In this document: positions 44,152 through 54,312 of the stretch, piece by piece
How the letters are laid out: the number at the start of each line of letters is the position of its first letter
Position numbering within the stretch: position 1 is the stretch's first letter
Origin: Diplonema japonicum
Lineage: Eukaryota > Protista > Euglenozoa: Diplonemea
Assembly (NCBI GenBank): GCA_964019335.1
Contig: OZ025718.1
Coordinates: forward strand, 186,001 to 250,000
DNA length: 64,000 bases
Reading direction: 5' to 3'
Notes under the pieces: model-generated
Seen by the model: the letters and a program-made list of their open reading frames with translations, nothing else
The model's database searches: none
What the model was told of the DNA's origin: nothing
Made by a program: the position numbers and the translations under genes

Positions 44152-45686
44152 AAGGGGGGGGGGGGGGGGCCGAATAATTCCCTCCCAAATAATGTGTTTT
44201 TTCCCAAATAATTCTTTTTTTTTTTCCGGGGATTTTTCCGCTCCAAATTTCCCAAATAATTCCCGACCCCCTTTCTTTTTTTTTTTGGGGGGGACCGGGG
44301 GGTGGGGGGGTCACACGGTAGTCGTGCAACGGGCTTTTCTCGGTTACGCCTGTGCAGGGTACTAGCCTACCTAACCCATGTATACATTCCTTTTTTGACC
44401 AAAAAGTCGATTTCCGCCTGATTTTGGGCACTTACGAGCAATTCCTTTGCATTTTCAACAGGGACCACGGGGCTTGGCACCTGGGGGTTATTGTGGGGAC
44501 TATTTTTCTTAACGCAAGAAGCTAGATGGTTCGTGATGAACGGTTCAAAATTTCATGGAACCACTTAGTTCGAAGGCGCTTTGTGGGTGGCCCGGGTGCT
44601 TCTGCGTTGCCGGAAGGGCACGTGGATTCATGTGTTGACAACTTATCCAGTATTTGCTTTCATGGCCCGCAATGTCAATATTCCATTCCTGAGCAAGATC
44701 CCAAAGCTGTGCCGTAGCCCACTGGCGGTATTGTGAGGCTGCTTACGCAAGTAAGAGTGCTGGCCCGGCGAGCTAGAGGGCAAAAACCCCATTTTCTTCT
44801 AGAAGATGAGAAATATATTATAGTGCGACATGATCAGACTGGAACGGCCGCCCCGGGGCATCCTCTGCTCAACCCGGCGGACGTGGGAGGCCCTTCTTCG
44901 GAAGGTGCCAGTCGCTTGACCAGTGCCGTCGAATGCGCGCTATATTTTATTAGTACAAATATAACAATCGATTGAAAAGGAAAAGTACGTATTGTGAGGC
45001 TGCTTCTGCGTGGCACCGGCGATTCAGACCTCCCGCCATTTTGAGGGGTTAGGGGGGGCTGCGGCATGCCCCAAGCAGCCGAGGCGGGACGTTGGTTGAT
45101 GACAGCAGAGCGCCGAATCAACGTGGCACTGTGGGTAGGGCAAGGCACATGAGAAAGGTCATGCAACTGCTCGACCTTAGCTTTATGTTATCTCGCGGCT
45201 ACCTTCCAGGTAGTTCCGAGGAGACCATACAGCTAAGCACTTTGAAGGAGTCGGGCTTTAGACAGTGCAGCACAGAACGTTGTTGCGGGTGTTACAATGG
45301 ACACTGCACCGATGAGTCTCCAGCAGCCTCCCAAGCCCTTGCAGCTTCTCAAGCCCTGACAGTTTCTCCAGCCTCTGCAACCTCCCAGCAACCTGACGCC
45401 AAAACCAGGCGGTTTGTCTGCAACGTTTGTGGGTTCTCCACAGCCTGGGAGAAAAACTGTTAAAATTTCCCTTGGAAAAAAAAAGGGCATGAAAAAAATC
45501 TTGGCACGATTTGGCATGTTAAGATTTCCGAAGTGCTCTAAGCCCCGCTCCCTGCTTTCCATGTGGCAGGCTCCTTAGCCCAAATAAGTACAACCCAAAT
45601 AAGTGTATTCCAAATAATTCTTTTTTTTTGGAGCCCAAACACCCCCCTCCACTGCCCAAATAAAGGGATTATTCGGGGGGGCCCTT
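44152..45686. mobile_element. 1.5-kb TIR DNA transposon relic with TA target duplication
   Basis: Ends AAGGG..CCGAATAATTCCCT / AGGGATTATTCGG..CCCTT, flanked by TA at 44150-44151 and 45687-45688. Subterminal CCCAAATAA repeats. It splits an R1 repeat whose empty site is gcatN-TA-gttataa. Confidence 0.8.
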
Positions 45687-45804
45687 TAGTTATAAAATCA
45701 TTTTCTTGAAAGATTCTTGTAACAAAAAAAAAAAAAGAGACATGATAATGTCAAGTAATACGAGGCAGCAAGCATCTATTCGGAAAGAGGAAGAAAAAAA
45801 AGAA

Positions 45805-46045
45805 GGAAAAAAAAAGGCGATGTTTAGAGCGGCGGGGAGTCGATTTCTTGTATTGTTTCGCTTTTTTCGTCGAAAGAAGAAGAAAAAAAAATCGATCATT
45901 TAATGTTAAGGTACTCTGTTCAATCACCGCAGAGTACCATAAAGTACAGCGGGGGGGAAGTTGTAGTCAAAAAAAAAAAAAACTCAAAGTGCAGGACAAA
46001 CCCCCTCATGGAGGGCCGCCCTTAAAAAAAAAAGGAGTCGGTTGA
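45805..46045 (-). mobile_element. Stack of three or four T-tailed retroposon 3' ends
   Basis: aaaaggcgatgttta (as at 25916); perfect hairpin GGTACTCTG/CAGAGTACC + TTAA; a subfamily C end; aaaaggagtcgg (as at 11679). Confidence 0.6.
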
Positions 46046-46359
46046 TTGTTGTTTGTGCACAGCCGGGAATAACCTGTAGAAGGAAGCCCAGCAATGCTAC
46101 CACTGCTCTTAGCACTAACAATCCATTATCAAAATATTGTTTTTCTTGTGCGTTTTTCATGCAAATAAAAAAAAAAAAAAAAAAAAAAAACGACACATTT
46201 GGTGAACAGCCTAAAATGTTCCCCATTTCTTTTTTTTTTTTTTGAAAAGGCTCTGTCTGTCGGAATAACACGGCTCAAGTAGCGGCCTACTTGATAATCT
46301 TTTTTTTTTTTTTTTTTTTAATTTAATTCTGAGCAGCTCTCTTAAAGAAATTAGGCCGG

Positions 46360-46990
46360 AAGATATAAATCAGGTTTCACTTTATTTCACGGGCGTGAAA
46401 AAAAGTATCTGATTTTTTTCCTCATGGTTTTAAGCCAAACGTTGCTGGGTGTGAAAATCAGGTACTTTATTTCACGCCCACAGTCATTTCTAGCAAAATG
46501 GGAAGAAAACCGAAGGCGACCGGGAAGCGAGCCAAGGGCATCAACCTAAACTGTGATGGAAGACAGGCTTCCAACGGCAAGCAAAATGGCCTACAGGAAG
46601 GAGTGGGAGAGGTTTTGCACCTACCACTCGATCAAACCCAATAGAAAAGCACGGCCAACTGTTGAACAAACACAGCAGTCCCCTGCAACGCCCCCTTCAG
46701 CCCTGCCCCTTCGACACAGCCCACTACTTCAACAGTGCACAGAATCACGTTTGACATAAACGTCAACATCAATTCGCTGAATTGATAATACCAAACCCAG
46801 TACCGTGTTCAGTAAAGAGTCGCATTGTGCCGCTACAAGCAGGCAGCAGCGAAGCCACACTCAGCACCCAAATTCTTTGCGAGAGCAGCTCATCATTAAA
46901 TAAAATGCAGTATTGAATAAAATCAGAGCATGATTTCACTTGTGGGGTCCCCGCGTGAAATCAGGCCATTCTGATTTTTCATTTAATAAA
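46360..46990 (+). mobile_element. Crypton-like tyrosine-recombinase element relic
   Basis: LPTASKMAYRKEWERFCTY resembles an integrase N-terminal (SAM-like) domain, with a later KPSTVFSKE fragment. Terminal palindrome at 46911-46988. Shares sequence with 40861-40890. Confidence 0.55.
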
Positions 46991-47049
46991 TAGCTATTTT
47001 CTTTTCTTTTTTTTTTTTTTTTTTTTAAATTCTTGAAATGGTTTTTATC

Positions 47050-47478
47050 TCACGCAACACTCCTTCCTTGCACCCCATTAGGGTAGTAAAGTCTTCCGTT
47101 GTAGTCAGTATAAGGGAGGTTCAGAATTCCGTTCTTCAGGCACTTGATGGAGGCTGTGAGTGCACTCTGTGGCTCACGGGGGCTGTGGTCCATTAAAAAC
47201 GAGCTGAGGTATTTCTTTGCATAATGCCTGTCTAGGTGCGAGGCAGGTCGTTTTAGCTCCGGCCGCTCGTTCTTCAGGGGGGGCAACAGTACTACACCCC
47301 TCTTCAGCATTCCATCGATCTCGCCGAGCAAGCGCCTTTTAACCACGGGCGCTGTCCCCTCCTTAGCCTCGTCCACCATTGTCCCCCACTTCTGTACCAT
47401 CGCCAATATCTTTGCCCCGTCAATCTCTGTGGTTGCATTGCTTCTCTTTGTGATCAGTATTTGCCCGAGCTTCGGCAT
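47050..47478 (-). CDS. Hypothetical basic protein
   Basis: ORF MPKLGQILITKRS..., ATG after an A run, coding-like composition. Confidence 0.65.
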   Translation of the reverse strand: MPKLGQILITKRSNATTEIDGAKILAMVQKWGTMVDEAKEGTAPVVKRRLLGEIDGMLKRGVVLLPPLKNERPELKRPASHLDRHYAKKYLSSFLMDHSPREPQSALTASIKCLKNGILNLPYTDYNGRLYYPNGVQGRSVA

Positions 47479-47602
47479 TTTCTTTTTCTTTTTTATTTTA
47501 TTTTTTTTAACTGAAACAACAAACACGAAAAAAAAAAAAAGCAAAAAAAAAAAAAAGAAAAAAAAAATGTTAAGGGGAAAGGGGGAAATTTTTTTCGTGT
47601 GG

Positions 47603-47638
<36 letters not shown>

Positions 47639-47646
47639 TCTCTTCT

Positions 47647-48645
47647 TCAAGGCCTGTAATTTACCTTAACATCGATTTTCGCCTCTTCCTCGGGGATGCC
47701 AACGTGGGGGTGAGGTTCGGGGTCCTTTTGCTTCGGCAGCCTCTGCGCGTACTTTGCGTGGGAATAAAGCACCCCGCCCATGGTGTTAATGACGATCCCG
47801 CTGAAATTCAACGGCGTGACAGGCGCCCCACCCAACAAGAAAAACCCAAGGGACGTCATCGCAACCGCCTTCATCACCCCAATAATAGTTGTGGTCAAGG
47901 CAGTGTTGAGTGAGGTACAGAGAAAAAGCGCATAGTTCAAAATAGAACCCATGAACGAAGCACCAAAGACCAACATAGCAAGCGACACTGACATCGAAGA
48001 ATATAGAAGCGGGATAGACACGTCAGCCTCTGTCAGATACACAACAAAGATCAACACCGGAATTGACAGAAGACTGTTGTAATGAAGGAGCTCGGTTGAT
48101 GTAAAACCTTTTTCAGCACCGGACTCGGCAAGAAGCAGGTACCCTGCTTGTAAAACACAGGAGGTTAAAGCAAATCCGTACGCTTTTGGATCAAAGTTGA
48201 AATCTCCTATCCCAGCCACCAAGCTCCCTGTCGCGATCACCCCTACGCTAATAAGCACGCTTTTCGAAGCCCAGCCTTTTCCACCCAAGCCGTGGTACAC
48301 ACATATTAAACATGGTGTCAATCTCTTTAAGGTCTGGTACATGGGGATGTTCATACGCTGCAGGCCTGCCAGTGCAAATGCAACATTCGCGTTGTAAAAC
48401 AAGGCCAGCGGCAGCATTAATTGTGTTTTTCCCATTGAAAGAGGTTTTAGTTCGAACAGACCAGCCGTGTTGCCCACGCGGAGGATCGCGACTGTAAGGG
48501 TCATCTGTATCAACAACAAGGTGTTGCTGTGCGGAAATTCTCGCAACGCGGCTTTGTTTATAAAACCCATGGCGACGGCCACCGTGAAGTACAAGCCACC
48601 GGCGAACATCCTCATCGCCGGTGTAACTGGCTTATGGTCGTCCAT
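47647..48645 (-). CDS. Nucleotide-sugar transporter (SLC35D/TPT family)
   Basis: MGFINKA, LQRMNIPMYQTLKRLTP, YNSLLSIP, NYALFLCT..NTALTTTIIGVMK. Confidence 0.9.
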   Translation of the reverse strand: MDDHKPVTPAMRMFAGGLYFTVAVAMGFINKAALREFPHSNTLLLIQMTLTVAILRVGNTAGLFELKPLSMGKTQLMLPLALFYNANVAFALAGLQRMNIPMYQTLKRLTPCLICVYHGLGGKGWASKSVLISVGVIATGSLVAGIGDFNFDPKAYGFALTSCVLQAGYLLLAESGAEKGFTSTELLHYNSLLSIPVLIFVVYLTEADVSIPLLYSSMSVSLAMLVFGASFMGSILNYALFLCTSLNTALTTTIIGVMKAVAMTSLGFFLLGGAPVTPLNFSGIVINTMGGVLYSHAKYAQRLPKQKDPEPHPHVGIPEEEAKIDVKVNYRP

Positions 48646-49401
48646 TTAGTTTCGGGTTTTTTTTTTTTTTTTTTTTTTTTTTTCCCCTTAATGTGAGGTG
48701 GAGAAGGGGACTTGTGAGGAAAAAAAAAAAAAAAAATGGGGTCGACAATGATGGGGGTGGTTGTGCTCACTTGTTTTAGATGTGACCGACGTCCCGGAGC
48801 GTTACCTTGAAGGTTGCCATTCAGGGGTCAAAAAAAAATGCAGATGCAGAGGTGTAAGCACTCTTTTTCTTCTTCTTTTTTTTCTTTTTTTTTTTTTTGG
48901 CTGGGAGAGAGTCTTCCTCCCGGGAAACGGCACGAATAAAAAAAAGGGGGGGGGAAAGAAGTAAGAGGTCCTTGTGAGACGCCCCCGTCTGGTTTCATCT
49001 ACCATTGCTCGGACAAGTTTCCTTTTTTTTTTTTTTTTTTGAGAAAGGGGAAAACGAACGGGGTGGGAAACAAACAATACTTGAAAGAAAGATGGAAGAA
49101 GTGATCAAAAAAAAAAAAAGAAAAAGGGGGAGGGGAGGGGGAAAGGAAAAAAAAAAAAAAAAAAAGAAACCGGGGTTTTCTTATCACGTTTGAAACCCTC
49201 CAGCTGGAAAAGCGAGTTGTGTACCACAAATTTCCGTTTCACAACTCAAGCACCCCCTTTTTCTTTTTTTTTCCCCCCTACACCCACACACACGTTGGTC
49301 ACATGTCACTTTCCTCTTTGCTCTCCGTTCACATCACAACGACATTAAATAAGTTTGCGTTAGAAAAAAAAAAGACTTTTTTTTGTTGAATACATCATCA
49401 C

Positions 49402-50679
49402 CTAGTTCTGAGGGTGGGCCGTCACACCACGTGTGGGGTTCTTCACGAACATGACAGGATCAGAGATGGTGCTCTCAGGGGTGTCAATGGTGTGCCAAGA
49501 CCAGCGGGCATGGGTGCTGTTGTACACCTGGAACCTCCCGTGCCCGAATTTGTTCTGACGGAAGGCAGACCAGTCAGGCTGCGGCTGCCTCCAGTCAACA
49601 GGGTCTGCCTCAAGCACCTCCCTGTTCCCCCCGTCACCAATGTTGATCTCAGTCATGGCACCTGGGGTCAGTACGTAGTTGTACACAGGGTGCGACCTCT
49701 CGTAAGCGTGCACATGCCCACAGAACAGCACATCCACTGCGTACTGGTGCAGCAGGGGCTCCATTGACGTCCTCATGCCCCACTCCTCCGTTTCGTTGTG
49801 GTGGTGCTTGTTGCTGTTGTACCATGGGGCGTGCAGTCCAACCACCAGCCATGGTGTCTTGCTCCTGTCCACCTTCTTCAGGTCCTCCTCCAGCCACTGG
49901 TACTGAACAGAGCTGCTGTCGTACGCCATGTAGCTGTTCAGAGTGATCATGTGCACACCGCCCACCTCCATCGACCACCAGTAAGGGCCGTCAGCAGACC
50001 CACCGTCGGGGGCCTTCATGCGGGACTTGAAGGCGACGTAAGGAACACCGACCTTCGGCTGCGGGCTGTCTTCCTGCTCGTGGTTCCCGGGGCCCACCAT
50101 GAGGGGCATCTTTGCCGTCATCTTCTGCACCATGTTCCCCCATGAGTCCCAACGCTTGGGCTCGCAGCCACCGGGACGGCCGCAGTTGGGGCCATAAGCG
50201 GCATCGGCGTAGGAGAGGTCACCGACAAGCCATGCCATCTGGAGGGGGTCGGTGCCGGACATGCCTGTCACGATGTGGTCGACGGTGCTGGAGGAGTTCA
50301 CGGTCTGCCCGAGATCGCCGATGAGGGCGATGCTGACAGGGCTGTTGGGGCCCACACAGGGGAGGGTCGTGAAGTTGTAGTAAGGCGACCAATTGCTGTC
50401 GCTGCCCACCCTGTACGAGTGCTTTGTCCCGCAGGCCAACCCTGTCACCTCAGCGTGGTAGATGTTGGGGCTTTGGTAAGGGGACCCTGTCGATGACTGG
50501 TAATTGTAGAAAGTCGGGAGTGCGTAAAAGACAGTCTTCCCATCCAACTGCACATTTCCATTTCCAAAGTACTGCCTGTCAAGCCACGATACCCACATGG
50601 TGTTGGCGTTCTTGTGTGCAAGGTGCACCTGCTCAGGTGCTGCCAGCACCAGAGCCGACAGGAGGGCCGCTGTCATCAT
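49402..50679 (-). CDS. Secreted purple acid phosphatase (copy 1)
   Basis: Signal peptide, PEQVHL FN3-like domain, metal motifs GDLG, GDLSY, GNHE, VGLH, GHVH. Confidence 0.95.
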   Translation of the reverse strand: MMTAALLSALVLAAPEQVHLAHKNANTMWVSWLDRQYFGNGNVQLDGKTVFYALPTFYNYQSSTGSPYQSPNIYHAEVTGLACGTKHSYRVGSDSNWSPYYNFTTLPCVGPNSPVSIALIGDLGQTVNSSSTVDHIVTGMSGTDPLQMAWLVGDLSYADAAYGPNCGRPGGCEPKRWDSWGNMVQKMTAKMPLMVGPGNHEQEDSPQPKVGVPYVAFKSRMKAPDGGSADGPYWWSMEVGGVHMITLNSYMAYDSSSVQYQWLEEDLKKVDRSKTPWLVVGLHAPWYNSNKHHHNETEEWGMRTSMEPLLHQYAVDVLFCGHVHAYERSHPVYNYVLTPGAMTEINIGDGGNREVLEADPVDWRQPQPDWSAFRQNKFGHGRFQVYNSTHARWSWHTIDTPESTISDPVMFVKNPTRGVTAHPQN

Positions 50680-51095
50680 CTCTTTTCTTTTGTAAAACCC
50701 CTAAAAAGGCAAATTGCAGGAAAGAAAAAAGAAGAAGAAAGAAAGAAACTGATCACGTGGTAATGAGAAAGATCCCCTTTTGTTTACAAGTCAAATGGAC
50801 TCGTTCTTGGAAAAAGGAACTGGCTGTTTTGTTTGTACGTGCCGGAGAACGAGAGGAATGCTGGCGTCGGTTGTTGTTCAGATTAGAAGTTAATAATGAC
50901 CCTGAAAACACGCGGAAAAGATTCCCTCTAAGAAAATAAAAGCATTGAGGCTGGAAAGAAAACGTAGGATGAAAACAAAGAAGAAGAAAAAAACGGGGGT
51001 AAAAAAAAAAAAAGAAAAAAAAAACTTTTTTTTTTTTTTTACCTTCTCCCCTTTTTATTCTTCTCCTCATTCTTCTCGGGGGCACGGTCGGAAAG

Positions 51096-51126
<31 letters not shown>

Positions 51127-51412
51127 ATAGGAAAATGAGGAGAGAGAAAGAGAAGAGAGAGATGGAGAAGAGAATAAATCTAAAAAAAAAAAAAAGGGGG
51201 TAAAGGAATTGAGACGGAACAACACCTATTTTCACCTTTTTTTTTTTTTTTTTTTTTTTTTTTTCCCCTTTATCTGCATTTTCTTGTATCTCTGTTCTCT
51301 TTGTTTATTGTTATATTTGTTGCCTTACACGCTAAACCGAGTGAGACGGGAGATAAGAGGGGGGTATTCAATTCCATGATAGGAAACAAAGTTAGGTTAG
51401 CAACGGGCCCAC

Positions 51413-51458
<46 letters not shown>

Positions 51459-51489
51459 TCTTAAAAATTGGTTTTTCACAATACAACAA

Positions 51490-51524
<35 letters not shown>

Positions 51525-51695
51525 ATCTTGATTCACACACGGTAAAAGGTAATGCAGGCGCTTTTCTCGCGCCGAAGAAAAAGGCTTGTTTTTCATTTTC
51601 TTCTTTCTTTCTTTCACTAAAAAAAAAGTTTTTTTTTTTTTTTCCACGTTAAATAGTCTCACTGTATTCTCTCTGTTCTTTAGTTTCTCCCCCGT

Positions 51696-52976
51696 CTAGT
51701 TCTGAGGGTGGGCCGTCACACCACGTGTGGGGTTCTTCACGAACATGACAGGATCAGAGATGGTGCTCTCAGGGGTGTCAATGGTGTGCCAAGACCAGCG
51801 GGCATGGGTGCTGTTGTACACCTGGAACCTCCCGTGCCCGAATTTGTTCTGACGGAAGGCAGACCAGTCAGGCTGCGGCTGCCTCCAGTCAACAGGGTCT
51901 GCCTCAAGCACCTCCCTGTTCCCCCCGTCACCAATGTTGATCTCAGTCATGGCACCTGGGGTCAGTACGTAGTTGTACACAGGGTGCGACCTCTCGTAAG
52001 CGTGCACATGCCCACAGAACAGCACATCCACTGCGTACTGGTGCAGCAGGGGCTCCATTGACGTCCTCATGCCCCACTCCTCCGTTTCGTTGTGGTGGTG
52101 CTTGTTGCTGTTGTACCATGGGGCGTGCAGTCCAACCACCAGCCATGGTGTCTTGCTCCTGTCCACCTTCTTCAGGTCCTCCTCCAGCCACTGGTACTGA
52201 ACAGAGCTGCTGTCGTACGCCATGTAGCTGTTCAGAGTGATCATGTGCACACCGCCCACCTCCATCGACCACCAGTAAGGGCCGTCAGCAGACCCACCGT
52301 CGGGGGCCTTCATGCGGGACTTGAAGGCGACGTAAGGTTTGCCTTTCTTCGTAGGGGGGAGGTTCTCGGGCTCGTGGTTCCCGGGGCCCACCATGAGGGG
52401 CATCTTTGCCGTCATCTTCTGCACCATGTTCCCCCATGAGTCCCAACGTGCGGGGGAGCAGCCGCCTAGACGGCCGCAGTTGGGGCGGTCAGAGGCGTCG
52501 GCGTAGGAGAGGTCACCGACAAGCCATGCCATCTGGAGGGGGTCGGTGCCGGACATGCCTGTCACGATGTGGTCGACGGTGCTGGAGGAGTTCACGGTCT
52601 GCCCGAGATCGCCGATGAGGGCGATGCTGACAGGGCTGTTGGGGCCCACACAGGGGAGGGTCGTGAAGTTGTAGTAAGGCGACCAATTGCTGTCGCTGCC
52701 CACCCTGTACGAGTGCTTTGTCCCGCAGGCCAACCCTGTCACCTCAGCGTGGTAGATGTTGGGGCTTGTGTAGGTTTCAAACATATAAAGCCCCTCATAT
52801 TCGTACGTGGAAGGGGGTTGCGAAGTAAAGGGCTTCCCATCCAGTTGCACAGTGCCCTGGCCGGAGTACGCTTTATCAAGCCACGATACCCACATGGTGT
52901 TGGCGTTCTTGTGTGCAAGGTGCACCTGCTCAGGTGCTGCCAGCACCAGAGCCGACAGGAGGGCCGCTGTCATCAT
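51696..52976 (-). CDS. Secreted purple acid phosphatase (copy 2)
   Basis: Same motifs; appears identical to copy 1 at the nucleotide level except for three patches. Confidence 0.95.
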   Translation of the reverse strand: MMTAALLSALVLAAPEQVHLAHKNANTMWVSWLDKAYSGQGTVQLDGKPFTSQPPSTYEYEGLYMFETYTSPNIYHAEVTGLACGTKHSYRVGSDSNWSPYYNFTTLPCVGPNSPVSIALIGDLGQTVNSSSTVDHIVTGMSGTDPLQMAWLVGDLSYADASDRPNCGRLGGCSPARWDSWGNMVQKMTAKMPLMVGPGNHEPENLPPTKKGKPYVAFKSRMKAPDGGSADGPYWWSMEVGGVHMITLNSYMAYDSSSVQYQWLEEDLKKVDRSKTPWLVVGLHAPWYNSNKHHHNETEEWGMRTSMEPLLHQYAVDVLFCGHVHAYERSHPVYNYVLTPGAMTEINIGDGGNREVLEADPVDWRQPQPDWSAFRQNKFGHGRFQVYNSTHARWSWHTIDTPESTISDPVMFVKNPTRGVTAHPQN

Positions 52977-53473
52977 CTTTGTGAGGTTCCTTAGGTGTGC
53001 CGTGGGCGGGCAGCACTTCGTGTTTCCTTTTTATCAGGAAAACATTATTAAAAAATAAAAAAAAAAAAAAAAAAAAACTAGAAGAAAAAAGAAAGTAAAC
53101 GAAGCAAGATTTTTTTTTTTCCTTTTTCTTTTGGTTGTTCTCTTTATTATTTTTATGTTAACCCCTCTCCTTTCTCTATTTCTACATTTTCTTTTGTTCT
53201 TCCAACTTACAAGGGAATCCTTTACGTAAAAAAAATAAAAAAAATATATATGAGTTAAAGGAGGCCGGTGTTGGCGGCGCCCTAGAAAAATAAAAATAAA
53301 AAAGAAAATCTTTCATTAATTTATTCACTCCCCCCCCCCCCCCCCCCCTCCTTTTTTTCCACTTGTGTACTTCAAGGGAATAAAAAAAGAGAAATAAAAA
53401 GGGGAAGGAAAAAAAAAAAAACTAAAAACACACTTGAGAAATAATTATAAAAAAAAAAAAAAAAAAAAAGGCT

Positions 53474-54193
53474 TCACCCCCTTCTATTGAACCAATCGAC
53501 AACAAAGTTTTTCGGCATGTTGAGGATGGGCACCATGTTGAAGATAGGAGACGTTTGAAGGTTCAACTGCGCCCAGGCCTGGCGGTGGAGGACAGCAGGT
53601 TTGGTAGGTGCGTTTTGAGCAGGGGACTGATAACGCATTCTTAAGAACGACCAATGTAAGTAAGCACCGAGCGCGATCGAAATGTTCATGTTCAGCACCG
53701 CAAGAAAAACGATGTAGAATCCCAAAAAAATCTCAAGGAGGGTAGTTTGCGACAGAATTGTCAATTCTTTAGATTTGCAATACGACCAGAGAGGTGATAC
53801 AGGTTTCCACAACATGCTCCCTGAATGTTCTTTTGCGGCGTAGACGCAAATCGACCAAAACGACCTTCTCACCAGCACCGCCGTAGCAAGAAGGTTGGGG
53901 ACCAAGCCCAGCCACACCATCCCGAAAAACAAAAAATGTAGTTCAGACCCGGTTAGAACCTTCATCATCCACCCCTGAACTGACATGAGCCCCTGCCTCC
54001 AGTTGCTGAAAGAAATCTGGCTCAGATCGGGCATTCCGTAATTGGCCTTGATCGTGTACCCGCTGACCATCATCGATGTGAACATCCCCCACCAATAGAA
54101 ACTAAACATGCCGCTGACCCCAGGCACCATCCATAATATAAACATCACCACCACAACAAGGTGTCCGTAAAAGTTCGCTTGTTTCGGCTCCAT
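53474..54193 (-). CDS. TMEM33/Pom33 family membrane protein
   Basis: LEIFLGFYIV...YLHWSFLRMRY.S....HRQAW pattern; multi-pass hydrophobic. Confidence 0.7.
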   Translation of the reverse strand: MEPKQANFYGHLVVVVMFILWMVPGVSGMFSFYWWGMFTSMMVSGYTIKANYGMPDLSQISFSNWRQGLMSVQGWMMKVLTGSELHFLFFGMVWLGLVPNLLATAVLVRRSFWSICVYAAKEHSGSMLWKPVSPLWSYCKSKELTILSQTTLLEIFLGFYIVFLAVLNMNISIALGAYLHWSFLRMRYQSPAQNAPTKPAVLHRQAWAQLNLQTSPIFNMVPILNMPKNFVVDWFNRRG

Positions 54194-54312
54194 TTTTTTT
54201 TCTCCCCCCTCCCTTTTTTTTTTCCCCTCCCCCCCCAATAGGATTAATAATAATAATAATAAAAAAAAAAAGGAAAATGAGAGATTGTTTATAAGGGGGA
54301 AGTCTTTCCCCC

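Noticed and set aside
45938-45950. CTGTACTTTATG (minus) resembles the 3' end of the euglenozoan spliced leader
   Set aside because: Only about 11 nt match, with no remaining leader and no SL RNA intron or Sm site; probably chance.
46042-46271. Possible small spliced gene (MGNILGCSPN...)
   Set aside because: No convincing frame or homology, and it lies among repeat relics.
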